Source: Candidatus Harrisonbacteria bacterium
Lineage (GTDB): Bacteria > Patescibacteriota > Minisyncoccia > UBA6257 > 1-14-0-10-40-38
Reading direction: 5' to 3'
NCBI GenBank assembly: GCA_023245035.1
Contig: JAHFLD010000001.1
Coordinates: 196,002-260,001 of the forward strand
Length of the DNA: 64,000 nt
Shown: positions 59,669 to 64,000 of the stretch, piece by piece
Layout of the letters: each line of letters starts with the position of its first letter
Numbering within the stretch: the stretch's first letter is position 1
Translations under genes and position numbers: made by a program
The notes under the pieces: model-generated
Told to the model about the DNA's origin: nothing
The model's input: the letters and a program-made list of their open reading frames with translations, nothing else
Database searches by the model: none

Positions 59669-60145
59669 CTATTTTGCCAAGCCCGCAAGATCTCGCAAAA
59701 CCTCGGCGGCATGTTCTATCGGCTTCACGTTATTATAAATCTTGGCAATTTTTCCTTTTGGATTAATTAAAAAAGAAGTGCGAACCGTTCCCATATATTC
59801 CCGTCCCATCATTTTTTTCTTTTGCCAAACATTGTAAAGTGCCACAACTTTTTTGTCGGTATCGGCAAGCAGGGGAAAGGGAAGCTGGTATTTTTCGGCA
59901 AACGAAGCATGGCTTTTAACCGAATCAACGCTAACACCCAAAACCGTGGCCTTGATTTTCTTGAAGCCGTGAAAATCATCGCGAATCGCGCAGGCCTCCG
60001 TCGTGCACCCCGGCGTGTTGTCTTTGGGGTAAAAATAAAGCAAAACCCAACTTCCTAAAAAATCCTTCAGCGATCTATTGACGCCATTCTGGTCCGGCAG
60101 AGAAAAATCTGGAGCAACTTCGCTAACTTCTATTTTTGTTCTCAT
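59669..60145 (-). CDS. bcp: Thioredoxin-dependent peroxiredoxin Bcp
   Basis: YFYPKDNTPGCTTEAC and RTSFLI. Confidence 0.93.
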   Translation of the reverse strand: MRTKIEVSEVAPDFSLPDQNGVNRSLKDFLGSWVLLYFYPKDNTPGCTTEACAIRDDFHGFKKIKATVLGVSVDSVKSHASFAEKYQLPFPLLADTDKKVVALYNVWQKKKMMGREYMGTVRTSFLINPKGKIAKIYNNVKPIEHAAEVLRDLAGLAK

Positions 60146-60296
60146 GACCAGATTTTAGCATATTATCAAGTTTTCATCCGTCGCTTCTAGCCAGGCCACA
60201 AAGTCAGCTTATTGACAAATTAGAAGAATCTGTGCTATACTGCCCGCAGTTCCTTACGGCGTGCGCTAGTTTTCAGACTTCTATAGGAGAAGCATC

Positions 60297-60596
60297 TTGA
60301 AGCCAATGCTCCCTTATCCCGTGTTGGCCACGAAAGTGGCCGACCGGATGCGCGGTTCTCGGGGCCTGCTCTTTAAACCGGCAGTCTTCGCGGTGTTGAA
60401 AGACGAGAACATCGAACCCGACCGCCAGCATCTGTCCGAGATCGGCAAGCTTCTGGGTCGTCGGCGCAAAACCCAGCGTCCCAGAATCAGGCAAGTTCGG
60501 CAGGAAGTGCTCAAGCCCATGGCCTTCAGTCGCTTCATTCGCGACGCCGAACGTGTCTGCCGTCTCCGCCGCGACCACCTTCTGCGCGATCCCTAG
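60297..60596 (+). CDS. Hypothetical Arg-rich protein
   Basis: TTGACA, 17 bp, TATACT promoter (60212-60241), AGGAG and terminator at about 60605-60636. Confidence 0.55.
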   Translation: MKPMLPYPVLATKVADRMRGSRGLLFKPAVFAVLKDENIEPDRQHLSEIGKLLGRRRKTQRPRIRQVRQEVLKPMAFSRFIRDAERVCRLRRDHLLRDP

Positions 60597-60645
60597 CGCG
60601 GAACATCCCCCAGCACCATGTTGGGGGATTTTTTTTCGAACCGCA

Positions 60646-61494
60646 TTACTTGAAACAAGATTTCAAAATATCCACATTCTTCTTATCCGGCCCCAGATCG
60701 TCAAATCCCGGCACCTCTAAAATCCAATCGGCTTTTTGCAGCTCCTTGGTCTTCGCCAAGGCGCGGAAGGCCTCCAAGCCGATAAATCCCTCGCCCAAAT
60801 TTTCGTGCGCGTCATGCCGCGAGTCAAACTTTGTCTTGGAATCGTTAACATGCAAAGCAACCAGGCGATCCAAACCAATTGCCTCATCCAATCGCGCGAT
60901 TAATTTTTCAATACCGGCACGGTCATAATGCTCAACCAGCCCCGCCTCAAAAGCGTGCGCGGTATCAAAACAAGTCGCCACTCTCGGCGAACGCAAGGCG
61001 CTAATAATCTCGCCGATATCTTCCGGTTTAGAGCCGATTTTCTCTCCGCCTCCGGCGGCATTTTCAATAATCAACTTTGAGCTCCCAGGTATCGTTTCCA
61101 AAATAGTAGCCAGCGACTTTATGGTTTGTTGCAGGGCTTGGCCGCTATTGCCCTTAGCCGAACCGGCGTGAAAAATTAAACCGCGAGCGCCAAGTTGTTC
61201 GGCGATTACAAGGTGGGCGCTCAAGTTAGCAATGGATTTAGTCAGCAGTTCCGGATCCGGCGTCCCTAAATTAACCAGGTAACTGGCATGAAGATAGGCT
61301 GATTTTACATCGCTCGGCGCCATTGCTCCTTTAAACAAGGCGACATCTTCCCTGGTGGGAACTCGGGCGCTCCAAGCTCGCGGTGAAGCGCCAAAAAACT
61401 GAATTGTCTCGGCGCCGATTCGCGTCGCGTTTTCTATTGCCTTATGCAGGCCGCCCGCGGTAGATACATGTGCTCCTAGATTCGGTCTAATCAT
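60646..61494 (-). CDS. nfo: Endonuclease IV
   Basis: GAHVS, HASYLVNL, IENAAG, CFDTAH, HVNDS and HENLGEG. Confidence 0.93.
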   Translation of the reverse strand: MIRPNLGAHVSTAGGLHKAIENATRIGAETIQFFGASPRAWSARVPTREDVALFKGAMAPSDVKSAYLHASYLVNLGTPDPELLTKSIANLSAHLVIAEQLGARGLIFHAGSAKGNSGQALQQTIKSLATILETIPGSSKLIIENAAGGGEKIGSKPEDIGEIISALRSPRVATCFDTAHAFEAGLVEHYDRAGIEKLIARLDEAIGLDRLVALHVNDSKTKFDSRHDAHENLGEGFIGLEAFRALAKTKELQKADWILEVPGFDDLGPDKKNVDILKSCFK

Positions 61495-62450
61495 ATCGAA
61501 ATGTTTAATGCTTCAACAATAACACGCCGCAACTCTTCAAGTGTAGAGGCGCCAAGTAGCCGCATTCGCAATTCTTTAGCTCCAATACTTCCCGCCACAT
61601 AGGCCGCCGCGTGTTTGCGCATGTTTAAAAAATTCTTTTTCCCGCGAAATAATCGATCAAATAATTCAGCGTGAAAAAGCAAAGCTTCTAACTTTTCTTT
61701 AAGCGCCGGCGCCTGGCTTTGTTCCGAAAAAAACCAGGGATTTCCCAGTGCCGCTCGGCCGATCATCGCGCCATCCAATCCATAGGTTTCCGATTTTTGT
61801 TTGGCATCAGAGAGCGTTGCCACGTCTCCGTTGCCTATAACCGCGATTGTCGGATCATTTTTTTTAATCAATTCCCGCGCTCGGGCGATCTCCTCCCAAC
61901 GCGCCGGAACCTTAGACATCTCCTCGCGGGTCCGCCCGTGAATCGTCACCGCCGCCGGCCTTGCTTCCAATATTTTTGGCAACCATTTTTCAAAATCCAC
62001 GTTTTTGTAGCCCAACCGAGTTTTAATAGAGATTGGCAATTCCGGCGCTCCCTCGCGCGCCGCTAAAATCAAATCCCGCGCGAGTAGAGGATTTTTCATC
62101 AGCGCCGCGCCGGCGCCTTGTTTTTCCACCGCCCGATCCGGACAGCCCATGTTGATATCCACTCCGTCAAAACCAAGCTGAGCGACCAGTTTTGCCGCCT
62201 GGCGCATAGTCTCTAAATTAGCGCCAAAAATTTGGGCCACTATCGGCCGCTCACTTTCAGAAAAATAAAAATCCGGCAGGAGTTTGTCTTTGCCCGCCGA
62301 ACAAAGTCCGTCCGCCGACACAAACTCGGTAAAAAACAAGCTTGGCTTTCCGTAGCGGATAACCGTCTGCCGAAAGGCGGAGTCGGTCACGTTCGCCATC
62401 GGCGCCAAAATCAAAATCGGCCGGGGCAGTGCTTTCCAGATATTCTTCAT
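61491..62450 (-). CDS. tRNA-dihydrouridine synthase
   Basis: LAPMANVTD, DINMGCP, KTRLG, HGRT, NGDV and MIGRA. Confidence 0.92.
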   Translation of the reverse strand: MKNIWKALPRPILILAPMANVTDSAFRQTVIRYGKPSLFFTEFVSADGLCSAGKDKLLPDFYFSESERPIVAQIFGANLETMRQAAKLVAQLGFDGVDINMGCPDRAVEKQGAGAALMKNPLLARDLILAAREGAPELPISIKTRLGYKNVDFEKWLPKILEARPAAVTIHGRTREEMSKVPARWEEIARARELIKKNDPTIAVIGNGDVATLSDAKQKSETYGLDGAMIGRAALGNPWFFSEQSQAPALKEKLEALLFHAELFDRLFRGKKNFLNMRKHAAAYVAGSIGAKELRMRLLGASTLEELRRVIVEALNISI

Positions 62451-62507
62451 TGGCACTGAATCTATCCTCAAAAACAGTCCGCGTCAAAGTAAGTAGTCGG
62501 GCAAAAT

Positions 62508-62708
62508 TCAGCTTCGTCCGAGCAATCTTAAAACCTCTTCTCGCGTCATAAGTCCCCGCCGCTTTACCTCCTGCTCCACCAGCTCCCGAACTTGGTCCTC
62601 CAAAATCTTCTTGCTGTCTTTGGCCTGTTCCATTAACACCTTTAATTGATCGGGGGACATGCCCTTCATCATCTCGGAGGCCGCCTTAAATTGATCAAAC
62701 ATTCCCAT
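62508..62708 (-). CDS. Small hypothetical protein
   Basis: MGMFDQFK...; helical. Confidence 0.55.
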   Translation of the reverse strand: MGMFDQFKAASEMMKGMSPDQLKVLMEQAKDSKKILEDQVRELVEQEVKRRGLMTREEVLRLLGRS

Positions 62709-62758
62709 AAGGATAAGTTGCGCGATGAGTAAAAAACCAAAAATCTTTCTAATATATT

Positions 62759-64000
62759 CTACCAAGCCGTGTCCGCGTGGTGCACCTCGCCGTCGGGAAA
62801 GCTTACCACAATACCGCCGGTAGCCGGAGCGGACAAAGTTACGGTATCCTCCAGATGAACATCAGTGTCTAAATTATGCGTACTCCCGCGGAATTTCATC
62901 CTGGAAAGATGGCCATAGCGCGAAGCCTTGGTCGTCGGCGCGTGAACCACGCTAGTCCCGCCATGCACATCCGTGCTCTTAAAATGCTGGTTAGTGGTTG
63001 AAAGATGGTCGGTTGTATCTCTTCCGTGGGTATCAGTATTCACCAAATGATCATCAGTTTCATAAGTATGAGAATCAGTGTTCGGCTGATGTTCGTCGCT
63101 GTCCAGGAGATGAGTCACCGTGCTTGGTTGGTGGACGGTGGTTATTTCGGAATGACTGTTAGTATTCCCATAGTGGGAATCAGTGCTTAAAGTGTGTTCC
63201 TCGGTAGTTCCCAAATGACTTCCGGTGTCCGGAGCATGGGTATTGGTATTGAACAAGTGTTCATCGGTATTTTGCGCGTGCTCATCGCTGTCATCAGAAT
63301 GCGCGTTGGTTGAAGATTGATGGCTGTCGGTATTTGCCAAATGATCGCTTGTATCGCTGTAATGCAAGTTGCTGTCTCCCGTGTGCTCAATGCTGTCGGA
63401 AAAATGACTGTCAGTATCCGTGGCATGAGTGCTAGTGTTGACCAAGTGACTATTCGTATTAGCTTCGTGTTCGTCGGTATTTATCCAATGCTGAGCGCTA
63501 TCTGAATAATGATCATCTGTGTTTAAAAAATGCTCGCTAGTAGTTAGTAAATGAGTTCCGGTATCAGCCCCATGCGTATCGGTATTGGCCAAATGTTCGC
63601 CAGTGTCATTCAAATGAACATCGGTTTCACTAGAGTGGCTGTTAGTGTTCGCCTCATGTGAATCGGTATTCGGGGTATGACTATCGGTGCTCGAATTATG
63701 AATATCCGTAAGCAGAGTGTGTTCTAACGTTGTCGCAATGTGGCTTCCGGTATCAACTGCGTGGGTGCCGGTATCGGGTGAGTGCTGATCAGTATTTTGA
63801 TAATGGTCAACCGTACTTACTAAATGATCGCTCGTTGATTGATAATGCGCATCTGTATCTTGTGTGTGGCCACTAGTATCTTGCCAATGATTATCCGTGT
63901 TCTGTGCGTGAGATGTCGTGTCCTGCCAATGATCATCTGTGTTCTGCATATGAGAACTTGTCCCTGGATAATGCTCATCCGTTAGGAACGAATGAACATT
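62759..64000 (-). CDS. His-heptad repeat protein (5'-truncated by window edge)
   Basis: Frame is open to 64000. At least 50 consecutive xx[NDS][TS]xxH heptads. Confidence 0.85.
   Translation of the reverse strand, partial: NVHSFLTDEHYPGTSSHMQNTDDHWQDTTSHAQNTDNHWQDTSGHTQDTDAHYQSTSDHLVSTVDHYQNTDQHSPDTGTHAVDTGSHIATTLEHTLLTDIHNSSTDSHTPNTDSHEANTNSHSSETDVHLNDTGEHLANTDTHGADTGTHLLTTSEHFLNTDDHYSDSAQHWINTDEHEANTNSHLVNTSTHATDTDSHFSDSIEHTGDSNLHYSDTSDHLANTDSHQSSTNAHSDDSDEHAQNTDEHLFNTNTHAPDTGSHLGTTEEHTLSTDSHYGNTNSHSEITTVHQPSTVTHLLDSDEHQPNTDSHTYETDDHLVNTDTHGRDTTDHLSTTNQHFKSTDVHGGTSVVHAPTTKASRYGHLSRMKFRGSTHNLDTDVHLEDTVTLSAPATGGIVVSFPDGEVHHADTAW

Overview
This window looks like a chromosomal segment of a Candidate Phyla Radiation bacterium (Patescibacteria, probably Parcubacteria). 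The evidence is an unlinked 16S rRNA gene with structured insertions and no anti-Shine-Dalgarno, a type IV pilus locus, lepB-hisS-rpsU-yqeY-ybeY-ftsA-ftsZ synteny, short uvrA/uvrC and many small secreted proteins. Housekeeping genes include trpS, murA, uppS, rpmE, pth, ftsAZ, tgt, uvrBAC, bcp, nfo and dus. Highlights: (1) an accessory cluster of amino-acid dehydrogenase, PaaK-like ligase, ThiF/Rv1355c-like enzyme, nitroreductase and a 7TM sensor kinase, which is a candidate signal-synthase/receptor system; (2) a 2.2-kb insert within that cluster, between exact 347-bp direct repeats, carrying a 31-aa Cys-rich peptide and an M16 peptidase; (3) an alphaproteobacterial/eukaryote-like HisRS beside a tRNA-His gene lacking the near-universal G-1, while the syntenic native-type HisRS has lost its catalytic motifs; (4) recurring boxA-like plus SD leaders on accessory genes; (5) a Qng1-like + TGT queuosine-salvage pair; (6) a protein with at least 50 unbroken His heptad repeats, open at the right edge. 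All calls come from reading motifs by eye; no database searches were run.
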